From: Eledone cirrhosa
Lineage: Eukaryota
Length of the DNA stretch: 64,000 nucleotides
Direction: 5' to 3'
Assembly: GCA_964016885.1 (NCBI GenBank)
Contig: OZ024743.1
Span: forward strand, 368,466,001-368,530,000
The position numbers and the translations under genes were made by a program. Positions within the stretch are counted from its first letter, which is position 1, and every line of letters starts with the position of its first letter. The notes below the pieces were generated by a model that saw nothing but the letters and a program-made list of their open reading frames with translations, had not been told where the DNA came from and ran no database searches. Positions 14,863 through 28,549 of this stretch are shown in pieces.

Positions 14863-17175
14863 AACTTTGAAATGTTTTGGCCAGTATTGGCCCAGGCCAT
14901 GTCTAACTTAATAGCACCACCTGGCGAAGTCTTTCAATTCAGGATTTGGGCACCATGGCCCATTCGAGAAGAGAATTACTGTTTGCGGAGACATATCCGG
15001 GTGTGGGTGGTTTGTCCGGGATTACTTGGAGGAATTTGTCCAAAGACTTCTTGAATTTTGAGTGGTCAGTTTCTGTTTTGACGTGTCCTGGTGTGATGTT
15101 GAAGAGAGCAGGGCCGATTGAGGTGAAATAATTGTGCCGTATTGTTGTTATGAGTTGCGATTTAGATTTTTGAATGGGACGGATAGCACGGGGCCCAAGC
15201 CTTGGGTGTATCTTGAAGGCGATGTCAACATCATTTGGGCAGTGATGATGGAACATTTTCCACATCATGCAGATAATATAACGCTCACGGCGACGTTGGA
15301 GTGAGTAAAGTTTCAGGTTTTCCAATCGACCCCAGTAGTCAAGGTCTGACATGCCATCTATCTTTTTCGTGATTGCCCTTTGAGGAGCTTCAAGTTTCAT
15401 GATACTTTGTTTCGTGTGGGGAGACCACAGTGGACAACAGTATTCAAGGTGTGGTCGGGCGAAAGAAGAGAAGGATAATGGTGTGGGAATCTCTCGACTG
15501 GAAGGTTCTGAGGATCCAGGAACACATTCTGCGGGCCATGTCAACTTTGCTGCTTATATGCGTGGTCCAGCTTATGTTGCTGTCCACGGTTACTCCCAAG
15601 TCTCTGATGTTGTTAGATGCCACGAGAGTTTCCCCGGAGGGAAGGGAGTACGGGAGTTTCAGAGCATCCTCTTTTCCAAAGTGGATCAGTTCGAATTTGT
15701 CCTCGTTCAGTAACATGTTGTTCTTTTCTGCCCATTGGGTAACAGCCAGTAGGTCTGACTGAAGGCTTATCCGGTCATCCACGCCATTGATGACCTTTTG
15801 GAGCTTGGAATCATCAGCGAAAATTTTAATGTTGCTGTGTTTGATGATGTCAGTGATGTCATTAATATAGATGATGAAGAGAAGTGGGCCCAACACAGTG
15901 CCTTGTGGGACTCCACTACTGACTTTGGCTGGGCTTGATTTGACTCCCTCAACTACAACATGTTGGGTTCTGTTTGACAGGAAGCTCTTGATCCACTGCA
16001 GCAGCTTTCCAGTGACACCAATATTGGACAGCTTTCTCAGTAGAATGTTATGATCAACCCTGTCAAAGGCCTTGCTGAAATCAAGGTAGATAACATCAGT
16101 GTTGGAACCCTCTCCCAAGGCTCTCAAAATGTCATCAAAGTGATGCAGTAGTTGCGTCAGGCAATCCCTTCCATTACGGAATCCATGCTGGTTGGAGTTC
16201 AGCATATTGTTACTCTCAAGGAAGTGGGTCATTCGCGATCTCACCACTCGCTCAAATACCTTAATGATATGAGAGGTGAGTGAGATTGGACGGTAATTCA
16301 CGGCAAGGGATTTGTTTCCCTTTTTGAAAACTGGGACAACAGACTGGGATAGAAGGTTTTCTGGCACATATCCAGCATCCAGTGAGTTCCGCCACAGATT
16401 GGCAAGAGGAGAAGCAAGTTGGTGTTGACACGCCTTCAGGACACAAGCAGGGAACCTATCAGGACCTACTGCTGAATTATGCTTCATTTCCTTTATTGCC
16501 GCCAAGACATCAGGGGCGCCAAACGTTATGTCCGATAAGGTGTAATGGGGAGTAACATCGCCGATACAGCCCAGATCGGCCATATCAGGATTGCTGAAAA
16601 CAGAGCAGTATTGTTTCTGCAGTATCTCACCCATGGTTTTAGCATTGTCTTGAAGAGGGCCAACAGTAGAGCCAGTGATTTTGTGTTTTTTTGCAAATGA
16701 AAAGAACACTTTGGGATTGAGTTTGATCTTCTCAATGGCCCAGGCCTCTTCAGCTCTTCTCTGATTGTTGATGAGGGACATTATGTTGTTTTGGAGGTTA
16801 TGTTTTTTAATCTCTAGTGATGAAATGGCAGTCAAGTTGATGTGTTGCTGCTGACAGTATTTCAGCTTGTTTATTTTTTTGTTCGTTCTCTTAATTTTCC
16901 TGATGAGCGTTTTTCTATTTCTAGGGATTCTGCTCTTAGATTTGTTTATAGTTCTTAATGGGGTGTGTTTAGCACATATGTTTGTAACAGTGTCCACAAA
17001 TGTCTGCCAGGACTTTTTGATGTTAGTGGGTGTATGAGTGTGCGTGAAGGACCAGTCGACATGTGCAAGATCATGACTGATCGCTTCCCAGTTTGCATTG
17101 TGGAAATCCATAGCGTCAAACGGATGGACAGGAGAGATGACATTGGGTTTGTATATTGGACGGTGGAATCTCAGA
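14863..17175 (-). mobile_element. CR1-type LINE, 5'-truncated, RT frameshifted near 15460
   Basis: [35 protein letters not shown] and FADD motifs, then [14 protein letters not shown] in another frame; short 3' UTR running into (TA)n. Confidence 0.88.
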
Positions 17176-17191
17176 TATATATATATATATG

Positions 17192-17254
<63 letters not shown>

Positions 17255-17255
17255 G

Positions 17256-17286
<31 letters not shown>

Positions 17287-17343
17287 GTATATATATATAT
17301 GTATATATATATATGTATATATATATATGTATATATATATATG

Positions 17344-17388
<45 letters not shown>

Positions 17389-17413
17389 GTATATATATGT
17401 ATATATATATATG

Positions 17414-17460
<47 letters not shown>

Positions 17461-17461
<1 letters not shown>

Positions 17462-17678
17462 AGTATGTATGTATACGTACATACATATATGTATATATAT
17501 ATATATGTATATATATATATAAGTATGTATGTATACGTACATACATATATGTATATATATATATATGTATATATGTATATGTAAGTATGTATGTATACGT
17601 ACATACATATATGTATATATATATATATGTATATATGTATATGTAAGTATGTATGTATACGTACATACATATATGTAT
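17461..17678. repeat. ~60-62-bp AT-rich minisatellite, 4 copies
   Basis: AAGTATGTATGTATACGTACATACATAT recurs at 17461, 17521, 17583 and 17645. Confidence 0.85.
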
Positions 17679-18172
17679 ATCATCATCATCATCATCATCA
17701 TCAGGTTTAGCGTCCGTGTTCCACGCTTGCATGGGTTTGGACGGGGGTTTTCCCACTTGAGGCAAGAGTGGTTGTCTTGCTCGCATAGGACTGTCTGGCG
17801 GGTTTTCTACAGTTGGATGCCCTTCCTAACACCAACCACATTTACAGTGTGGGGCTGGGAGGTTTTTACCGTGTTGCCTACACGGCCACATTACAGCGTG
17901 GACTGTCTGGCGGGTTTTCTACAGCTGGATGCCCTTCCTAACACCAACCACATTTACAGTGTGGGGCTGGGAGGTTTTTACCGTGTTGCCTACACGGCCA
18001 CATTTACAGCGTGGACTGTGTGTTTTTTGTCGTGACACCTACACGATCTCATTTGTTTCGGCCTGGATGTTGTGGGACCAACATAACTTTACATTGAAAG
18101 GGGCGGTGTGGAGGGACGGGGGTGTGTTTTGATAGAGGTGCCTACTGACTGTAGTAGGTTTTTACTTTGTAT

Positions 18173-21100
18173 TTAGGTAAGGCGGGTCTTCTCTATTACT
18201 GAGTACCGCCAAAGGTCTCGGTCCAGTGACATTGTCTTGGAGAGGTGTAAGCGTGTGAGGTCGGAATTTATCAGCTCGTCCCATGTTTTTCTGGGTCTGC
18301 CTACTCCGTGGCTACCGTCTATCTTTATTGCCCTGCACTTTGTTATACAGCTGTCGTCTTTCATGCGCATCACGTGACCGTACCAACGTAGCCTTCTCTA
18401 GAGTAAACAACATCTGATCCCTCTTATTTCTAATTTTTTCCTTAGTTCGTTTATGCTTTGCCGTTCACGTATATTACTATTGCACATCCAGCGGAGCATG
18501 CAAGCTTCGTTCCTCTCTAGTCTGCGTATATCCTCTGCACACAATGCCCAGGTCTCACTGCCATGCAGCATTGCTGTTCGTATGCAGGCATCGTATAACC
18601 TGCCTTTCATTTTTAGGGAGAACCCTCTAGCGGCTAATAGTGGTATAAGCTCTCTGAACTTTTTCCATCCAGTTCTGACTCTAGCTACTGTACTTTCAGA
18701 GCACCCTCCCCCACTGCTGATTTTGTCACCCAGATAACGGAAGCTGTCCACTATTTCTATAGAACCCTCTGCGCAGTTGAAGGAGCTAGTATTTTGTGGG
18801 CACTTGCTGCTACTTATTGCACCAGAGCACCGGCCACATGTAAAATCTATGTTCTTAGTTAGCTTACCTGTGATCCCACTACATCTTTTATGCACCCATA
18901 CTTTGCATTTGGGACATAAAATGGAGTTTCTACCTACGCCTTTCCTACACACTGAGCATGGCCATTTCCCCGATGGGACCGCCGCCTTATTTTCTTTCCT
19001 ACAAACTAGAACTTTAGTCTTAGCCAGGTTAATTTTAAGGCCTTTTGATTCTAGGCCGTGCTTCCACGTTTGGAATTTCTTCTCTAGTTCGGTCATTGAT
19101 TCAGCTATGAGCGTTAGATCATCTGCGTATAGGAGTTCCCATGGGCAGCCGGTCTTGAACTCCTCTGTTATAGCCTGAAGGGCAATAATAAATAGTAGGG
19201 GGCTAAGTACAGAGCCCTGATGGACACCAACTTTTACGCTAAACTCTTCACTATATTCGTTGTTAATTCTAACCTTACTGACTGTTTCTTTATACATGGC
19301 TTGTATAGCTCTCACAAGCCATTCGTCAACACCTAGTTTTCTAAGAGACCACCAGATAATGGAACGGGGGACTCTGTCGAAGGCTTTCTCCAAGTCGACA
19401 AAAGCTAAGTATAGGGGTTTACTTTTAGCTAGGTACTTCTCCTGTAGTTGTCGTACAATGAAAAGAGCGTCTGTGGTACTTTTGCCTGACACAAACCCGA
19501 ACTGCATTTCATCTAGATCAATTCTCTCTCTGATTAGTTGCGCTATTACTTTTTCCGTGACCTTCATGACCTGGTCGATTAATTTAATGCCTCTATAGTT
19601 ACTCCTATCTAGGGCATCTCCTTTTCCCTTATAGCAGTTAACGATGATGCTGCTACGCCATTCCTTCGGAACAACCCCATTCTGTACGACTTGGTTAACT
19701 ATCCGGGTGACCATGGTGTGTCCCACCGAACCAGATGCCTTCAGCATCTCAGCAACTATTTCCGAAGGCCCAGCCGCCTTACCCGTCTTCATATCTTTGA
19801 TTGCCTTACTTATTATACTACCTTCAACTAACACTGCTGGTCCCTCTATTGGATCGATCTGGGGGAGACTGTCTTTCTCCCATTTGTTCTCCTCATTTAG
19901 AAGCCTTTCGTAGTGACACTTCCAAGCTACCTTCTTATCAGCGTCGGTGATGGCAAGTATGCCATCATCGTTAAGTACACACTTCTCCCCGACAATATCA
20001 CGGTTTTCCTTGACACATTGCCTGGCAATCCTGAACACCTCACGTTTTTGGTCCTCACGTTGTAGAACATGCTTGAACTTTCTTTCCTCTGCTTCCCTTC
20101 TTGCGAAGTACACTTGTCTCCTAGCTTCCCTCCTGGCCACTTGATAGTCTTCTCTACTTCCCCCATCCCGCCATACTTTCCAAGCCTGCTTTTTGGCCTT
20201 AATTGACTCCTCCACCTTACTGTTCCACCACCATGTTACTCTCCTCCTACCTACAGGCCTGCTCCAGCCACAGACTTCGTCTGCCGCCGTCAGCAGGTTT
20301 GCTCTCAGGAATTCCCACTGTTCCTCTATATTATACGACTCTAATTGCTCTTCCTTACTGTCGAAAGCGTCAAGTAATTTGCTTTGAAATTTATTTCTGG
20401 CTATGGGGTCCTTTAGCTTCCATATTTTTCTCCTGAGGATAGTCCTCTTTCGCTGTCTAGTACGTCTCGTCCTGACTATGAGGTCGCTAATTATCAGTCT
20501 ATGTTGGGAGGTGAATTCTTCATGGGGGTGGGATTTAGTGTTAACAACAGACACTCTGTCACGTCTTCTGGTAAGGATATAATCTACCTGGCTTGTGTGT
20601 TCCCCCGATCTATAGGTGATCAAGTGATTGTCTCGTTTTTTGAAGTTAGTGTTACAGATAGTTAAGTTATTTGCGTCGCAGAATTCCAGGATTCTGGAGC
20701 CTTCCTCATTTCTAGTACCGAACCCATAGCCTCCATGGATTCCGTCATAGCCGTCACAATGTTGTCCAACGTGACCATTTAGGTCGCCTGCAATAACTAT
20801 ATAGTCACTGTCGGTTATTTGGGAGGTAGCGAGCATCAGTGTCTCGTAGAATCTGTCTTTTATAGCGCGGGGCTGTCCGGATTGGGGTGCGTACGCAGAT
20901 ATTACTGTCACCGTAGTTTTATTGAGGACAAGTCTTATTTTAATTATTCTGTCGTTCACTCTATTTACGTCTATTATCTTATCTGCCCACTTTTCTGCTA
21001 CCATGATTCCTACCCCACCCAACCCATTGTCATTTCCCACCCAGAAAAGCTTATAGCATCGCTCTTTACCCACGATGAATCTAGCCGACCCTCCCCTCCA

Positions 21101-21421
21101 CCTGGTCTCTTGAATACAACAAACATCGACCTCCTTACGTTCAAGCATTTCTACAACCTCGTTAGAGCGACCCTTTAAGGTGCCTACATTCATGGTACCA
21201 ACTCTGAAGTTTTGGATTGCGTTTGGAGGGTGGGAGCGGTGGGGCGCGGGGGGGGGGGATGGGGTTATGTTAGCCATCCTGGGCCGAAACAAGGAGGAGT
21301 GCTTGCATTCTCGTCCACGAGGTGAATTTGGCTTTATCTTTGACATTGTCGCTGAGCGTCCACATTTTTCTCTCTTCAACTCTCCAGAATTCCGTAGTCC
21401 ATCCATCATATCGAAAAGCAA
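18173..21421 (-). pseudogene. RTE APE-RT-PHD ORF with a premature stop at 18398-18400
   Basis: 1007-aa ORF ends at ...RCCLL, where siblings continue ERRLRW (GAG>TAG); the remaining C-terminus is still present to 18173. Confidence 0.9.
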
Positions 21422-21550
21422 CCAGTTAAGCGATAGTATGGGCCTCTGACTTATGATTGGTCCACGTAATAATGGTGGTGCGTGGGGGCGGGAGGGAGGG
21501 ATGATGGGTTGTTAGCGAGAATGTAAGGTTTAAGATAAGATCGCCGTATT

Positions 21551-22358
21551 TTGGGCATGATTTAACAATAAACGAAAATACAAGATTTGTTTTGTTTAAG
21601 AAATTACGATAGAGAAAATGCGGTGATAGGGGAAGTATGATTTTTAGAGAAAAGATATGATATATAATGGTGAAAATATGATATAGTGTGAAATTAGGAC
21701 ATAGAAGTGATTGAATGAATGGGTTCGGATGGAGAGAAGAATCGAGAAAGAAATTGGGCATAATTTAACAATAAACGAAAATACAAGATTTGTTTTGTTT
21801 AAGAAATTACGATAGAGAAAATGCGGTGATAGGGAAAATATGATTTTTAGAGAAAAGATATGATATATAATGGTGAAAATATGATATAGTGTGAAATTAG
21901 GACATAGGAGTGATTGAATGAATGGGTTCGGATGGAGAGAAGAATCGAGAAAGAAATTGGGCATAATTTAACAATAAACGAAAATACAAGATTTGTTTTG
22001 TTTAAGAAATTACGATAGAGAAAATGCGGTGATAGGGAAAATATGATTTTTAGAGAAAAGATATGATATATAATGGTGAAAATATGATATAGTGTGAAAT
22101 TAGGACATAGAAGTGATTGAATGAATGGGTTCGGATGGAGAGAAGAATCGAGAAAGAAATTGGGCATAATTTAACAATAAACGAAAATACAAGATTTGTT
22201 TTGTTTAAGAAATTACGATAGAGAAAATGCGGTGATAGGGGAAGTATGATTTTTAGAGAAAAGATATGATATATAATGGTGAAAATATGATATAGTGTGA
22301 AATTAGGACATAGAAGTGATTGAATGAATGGGTTCGGATGGAGAGAAGAATCGAGAAA
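21551..22358 (-). repeat. 203-bp tandem repeat x4 in the RTE 5' UTR
   Basis: TTGGGCAT unit starts at 21551, 21754, 21957 and 22160. Confidence 0.95.
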
Positions 22359-22505
22359 AATTTGAACGTTACTTTATACCGAAGGCAACAGCCATCCCAG
22401 AAATAGCGAGTTATATATATATATGTATATATATATGTATTATATATATATATGTATATATATATATGTATTATATATATATATGTATATATGTAGATGT
22501 ATATG

Positions 22506-22536
<31 letters not shown>

Positions 22537-24877
22537 ATCATCATCATCATCATCATCGTTTAACGTCCATATTCCACGCTTGCATTGGTTTGGACGGGAG
22601 TTTTCCCACTTGAGGCAAGAGTGGTTGTCTTGCTCGCATAGGACTGTCTGGCGGGTTTTCTACAGTTGGATGCCCTTCCTAACACCAACAGTGTGGACTG
22701 TGTGTTTTTTTTGTCGTGACACCTACACAATCTCATTTGTTTCTGCCTGGAGTTTGTGGCACCAACATAACTTTACATTGAAAGGGGCGGTGTGGATGGG
22801 GTGGGATGGTGGGACGGGGTTGTATTTTGTTAGAGATGCCTACCGACTGTAGTAGGTTTTACTTTGTATTTAGGTAAGGCGGGTCTTCTGTATCGGTCCA
22901 GTGACATTGTCTTGGAGAGGTGTAAGTGTGTGAGGTCGGAATTTATCAGCTCGTCCCAGGTTTTTCTGGGTCTGCCTACTCCGTGGCTACCGTCTATCTT
23001 TATTGCCCTGCACTTTGCTATACAGCTGTCGTCTTTCATGCGCATCACGTGACCATACCAACGTAGCCTTCTCTCGAGTAAACAACATCTGATCCCTCTT
23101 ATTTCTAATTTTTTCCTTAGTTCGTTTATGCTTTGCCGTTCGCGTATATTACTATTACTCATCCAGCGGAGCATGCAAGTTTCGTTCCTCTCTAGTCTGC
23201 GTATATCCTCTGCACACAATGCCCAGGTCTCACTGCCATGCAACATTGCTGTTCGTATGCAGGCATCATACAACCTCCCTTTCATTTTTAGGGAGAACCC
23301 TTTAGCGGCTAATAGTGGTATAAGCTCTCTGAACTTTTTCCATCCAGTTCTGACTCTAGCTACTGTACTTTCAGAGCACCCTCCCCCACTGCTGATTTTG
23401 TCACCCAGGTAACGGAAGCTGTCCACTATTTCTATAGAACCCTCTGCACAATTGAAAGAGCTAGTATTTGTGGGCACTTGCTGCTACTGATTGCACCAGA
23501 GCACCGGCCACATGTAAAATCTGTGTTCTTAGTTAGCTTACCTGTGATCCCACTACATCTTTTATGCACCCATACTTTGCATTTGGGACATAAAATGAAG
23601 TTTCTACCTACGCCTTTCCTACACACTGAGCATGGCCATTTCCCGGAAGGGACCGGCGCCTTATTTTCTTTCCTACAAACTAGAACTTTAGTCTTAGCCA
23701 GGTTAATTTTAAGGCCTTTTGATTCTAGGCCGTGCTTCCATGTTTGGAATTTCTTCTCTAGCTCGGCCATTGATTCAGCTATGAGCGTTAGGTCATCTGC
23801 GTATAGGAGTTCCCATGGGCAGCCGGTCTTGAACTCCTCTGTTATAGCCTGAAGGGCAATAATAAATAGTAGGGGGCTAAGAACAGAGCCCTGATGGACA
23901 CCAACTTTTACGCTAAACTCTTCACTATATTCGTTGTTAATTCTAACCTTGCTGACTGTTTCTTTATACATGGCTTGTATAGCTCTCACAAGCCATTCGT
24001 CAACACCTAGTTTTCTAAGAGCCCACCAGATAATGGAACGGGGGACTCTGTCGAAGGCTTTCTCCAAGTCGACAAAGGCTAAGTATAGGGGTTTACTTTT
24101 AGCTAGGTACTTCTCCTGTAGTTGTTGTACAATGAAAATAGCGTCTGTGGTACTTTTGCCTGACACAAACCCGAACTGCATTTCATCTAGATCGATTCTC
24201 TCTCTGATTAGTTGCACTATTACTTTTTCCGTGACCTTCATGACCTGGTCGATTAATTTAATGCCTCTATAGTTACTCCTATCTAGGGCGTCTCCTTTAC
24301 CCTTGTAACAGTTAATGATGATGCTGCTACGCCAGTCCTTCGGAACAACCCCATTCTGTATGACTTGGTTTACTATCCGGGTGACCATGGTGTGTCCCAC
24401 CGTTCCAGAGGCCTTCAGCATCTCAGCGACTATTTCCGAAGGCCCAGCCGCCTTACCCGTCTTCATATCTTTGATTGCCTTACTTATTATACTACCTTCA
24501 ACTAACACTGCTGGTCCCTCTATTGGATCGATCTGGGGGAGACTATCCTTCTCCCATTTATTCTCCTCATTTAGTAGCCTGTCGTAATGACACTTCCAAG
24601 CGACCTTCTTATCAGCGTCAGTGATGGCGTGTACGCCATCATTATTTAGTACACACTTCTCCCCAACAATATCACGGTTTTCCTTCACACATTGCCTAGT
24701 TTTTGGTCCTCGCGTTGTAGAACATGCTTGAACTTTCTTTCCTCTGCTTCCCTTCTTGCGAAGTACACTTGTCTCCTAGCTTCCCTCCTGGCCACTTGAT
24801 AGTCTTCTCTACTTCCCCCATCCCGCCATACTTTCCAAGCCTGCTTTTTGGCCTTAATCGACTCCTCCACCTTACTG

Positions 24878-24879
<2 letters not shown>
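22537..24879 (-). mobile_element. RTE family A, 5'-truncated with small deletions and a frameshift
   Basis: RT ORF pieces 23432-24688 and 22830-23477; (GAT)n tail. Confidence 0.92.
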
Positions 24880-25440
<561 letters not shown>

Positions 25441-25566
25441 TTGTTATACTTGGGGAGGGTCATATTTGTGTAATATTGCCAGAAATAATAACAGAACACA
25501 CTCACTGTTTGGTTGGTTTTCGCTTTTCGCTTCTGTGTCTTTTATATCGGTAATCTAATTTACTCG

Positions 25567-25601
<35 letters not shown>

Positions 25602-25693
25602 CATATACATATATACATATATATAAAAAACATCGCAAAACTAATATATACATATATATACATATATATATATACATACATATATATATATAC

Positions 25694-25726
<33 letters not shown>

Positions 25727-25757
25727 CATATATATACATATATATATATATACATAT

Positions 25758-25930
25758 ATCATCATCATCATTTCATTTTACATCCACTTTTCCCTGCTTG
25801 CAAGGGTGGGACGGGAACTGATGCTGGCTTGATTTCTACAGCTGGATGCCCTTCCTAACACCAACCTCATTTACAGTGAGTGCTGGGTGCTTTTTTGCCG
25901 TGGCACCTCCACGACCACTTTGCAGTGGAA
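25758..25930 (-). mobile_element. ~175-bp non-autonomous derivative of the RTE family B 3' UTR
   Basis: Near-identical to 56580-56762, with the same 5' end and the same internal deletions relative to 50462-50740. Confidence 0.8.
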
Positions 25931-25949
25931 TGATATGGACCCCGTCCTA

Positions 25950-26096
25950 TCATCTCATTTCTATAGCTGAGTAAACTGGAGCAATGTGAAATAAAGTGTC
26001 TTGCTCAAGGAAACAACACATCACCCGGTCTGAGAATTGAACTCACAACCTTTCGATTGCAAGGCCAATGCTCTAACCACTAAGCCATGTGCCTCC
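25950..26096 (-). mobile_element. tRNA-derived SINE
   Basis: GGAGGCACATGGCTTAGTGGTTAGAGC (A box) ... GAGTTCAATTC (B box) followed by TCCTTGAGCAAGACACTTTA; homologous to 48812-48918. Confidence 0.8.
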
Positions 26097-26108
26097 ATAT
26101 ATACATAC

Positions 26109-26155
<47 letters not shown>

Positions 26156-26299
26156 CATATATATACATACATATATATATATATATACATATATATACAT
26201 ACATATATATATATATATATACATATATATATACATATATATACATATATATATACATATATATACATACATATATATATACATATATATACATACATA

Positions 26300-26391
<92 letters not shown>

Positions 26392-26812
26392 TGTATATAT
26401 ATCTATATATATAAAACTGTAGTGTGTGTGTGTGTATGTGTTTGTCCTCATTTTTGAAAAGTCTATACAAATCCACATTTCTACTCCAATTGACTTCAAA
26501 CTTGCATTTATATATTCCTTGTGGTCTAAAGATACTAACTGCAGCTTTTATTTTTCCATTTTGTGTTGTTAAAGGGGTGTTAGGCGCCGATTATCGATCT
26601 CCGTTGAGCCCTTATAATATCTGTGTGTATGTCTGGTTGTCTGCATAATGTCATTGCTGACGTATTATCATCGCTACATTCACACACATATACTTATATA
26701 TACATATATATATATACACATATATGCATTTTCACACACACATACATACACATATACTATATATATATATATATATACACATATACAAACTAATAAAAAT
26801 ATATGTATATTT

Positions 26813-26853
<41 letters not shown>

Positions 26854-26919
26854 GAAGAGAGAAGAAACATTTAGATATAATTAGTAATAAAATGTATCAT
26901 ACCTAAACTGTTCCTAAAT

Positions 26920-27007
26920 TCCTCGACTACGTAGTTTCGTGGCATAAACAAAAACAATATATCAAAGATATAGAGTCCTTGCGAGATCTGCCGACTTATC
27001 AAGAGGA
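26920..27007 (-). ncRNA. Type I hammerhead ribozyme, U3:A8 variant (H2 copy 1)
   Basis: Minus strand: UCCUC-UUGAUAA-GUCGGCA...UGCCAC-GAAA-CUACGUA-GUC-GAGGA. Confidence 0.8.
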
Positions 27008-27510
27008 TACCTCATTTTACTAGTCTCAAGAATGCGTCTACACGACGTGAGAAAGAATCCCAAAAGGCGGAGGGGGAGACAGTCACGCGATATAACGGTC
27101 GAGAAACAGAGCTAAACCTCTTATAACCACGAAGAAAATACCTTGGAGGCGGAGGGGGTATTCATATCGAGGCCGTAGAAGAGGTAGTGAAGAAGGCGAG
27201 AAGTATGAGTAATGGAAGCTTTCCAGTTGTCCCCACACTTCAAAGATTGCTCGACCAGAGGGAGTTATTAATATATTTAGAAACACACAGATACATGCGG
27301 ACACACACATATATACATGAATGCATCCGCACCCAACTGTGAGTTAAGGGTGCCAACTTCACCGATGTTGCTCAATGAATGACTGGGACAGACCAATTCA
27401 GTTTGAACCAGACTGAACCAGTATCAGAGTTAAAAATACATTATGAAGAGAGAAGAAACATTTAGATATAATTAGTAATAAAATGTATTATACCTAAACT
27501 GTTCCTAAAT

Positions 27511-27598
27511 TCCTCGACTACGTAGTTTCGTGGCATAAACAAAAACAATATATCAAAGATATAGAGTCCTTGCGAGGTCTGCCGACTTATCAAGAGGA
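27511..27598 (-). ncRNA. Type I hammerhead ribozyme (H2 copy 2)
   Basis: Same motif, 591 bp further along. Confidence 0.8.
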
Positions 27599-28101
27599 TA
27601 CCTCATTTTACTAGTCTCAAGAACGCGTCTACACGACGTGAGAAAGAATCCCAAAAGGCGGAGGGGGAGACAGTCACGCGATATAACGGTCGAGAAACAG
27701 AGCTAAGCCTCTTATAACCACGAAGAAAATACCACGGAGGCGGAGGGGGTATTCATATCGAGGCCGTAGAAGAGGTAGTGAAGAAGGCGAGAAGTATGAG
27801 TAATGGAAGCTTTCCAGTTGTCCTCACACTTCAAAGATTGCTCGACCAGAGGGAGTTATTAATATATTTAGAAACACACAGATACATGCGGACACACACA
27901 TATATACATGAATGCATCCGCACCCAACTGTGAGTTAAGGGTGCCAACTTCACCGATGTTGCTCAATGAATGACTGGGACAGACCAATTCAGTTTGAACC
28001 AGACTGAACCAGTATCAGAGTTAAAAATACATTATGAAGAGAGAAGAAACATTTAGATATAATTAGTAATAAAATGTATCATACCTAAACTGTTCCTAAA
28101 T

Positions 28102-28189
28102 TCCTCGACTACGTAGTTTCGTGGCATAAACAAAAACAATATATCAAAGATATAGAGTCCTTGCGAGGTCTGCCGACTTATCAAGAGGA
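28102..28189 (-). ncRNA. Type I hammerhead ribozyme (H2 copy 3)
   Basis: Same motif, 1182 bp further along. Confidence 0.8.
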
Positions 28190-28474
28190 TACCTCATTTT
28201 ACTAGTCTCAAGAACGCGTCTACACGACGTGAGAAAGAATCCCAAAAGGCGGAGGGGGAGACAGTCACGCGATATAACGGTCGAGAAACAGAGCTAAGCC
28301 TCTTATATATATATATACATACACATATATACATATTCACACACACATACATACACATATACTATATATATATATATATATATATACAAACACATATACT
28401 CATAGATATACCCATATACACATATATAAATATACACATAAAAATATATCTATACACACACACACACACACACA

Positions 28475-28549
28475 CGTCTAACATGTCTAACCCATGCTAG
28501 CATGGAAGAACGAACGTAAAACGTTGATGATGCTGATGATAATGATGAC
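28475..28549 (+). mobile_element. Short RTE-type tail remnant
   Basis: CTAACCCATGCTAGCATGGAAGAACG...TAAAACG followed by degenerate (GAT)n. Confidence 0.7.

Larger units (their letters stand above)
17679..22411 (-). mobile_element. RTE LINE family A (subtype A1), full-length candidate with tandem 5' UTR
   Basis: (GAT)n tail, duplicated 3' UTR block (17788-18019), ORF, proximal 5' UTR, then 4 x 203-bp repeats. Confidence 0.93.
26849..28306 (-). mobile_element. 591-bp tandem repeat (~2.5 copies) with hammerhead; retrozyme or non-autonomous Penelope-like candidate (family H2)
   Basis: TATGAAGAGA at 26851, 27442 and 28033 (period 591); only a handful of differences between copies; flanked by (TA)n; one hammerhead per unit. 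Confidence 0.85.

Noticed and set aside
21426-22167. Three repeated ~106-111-aa hydrophobic ORFs
   Set aside because: Products of the T-rich 203-bp repeat with no recognisable domain
26849-28306. CRISPR-like array or coding repeat (75-aa ORF at 27083-27310)
   Set aside because: Units are full-length near-identical with no spacers, the context is eukaryotic, and the short ORF has no recognisable motif
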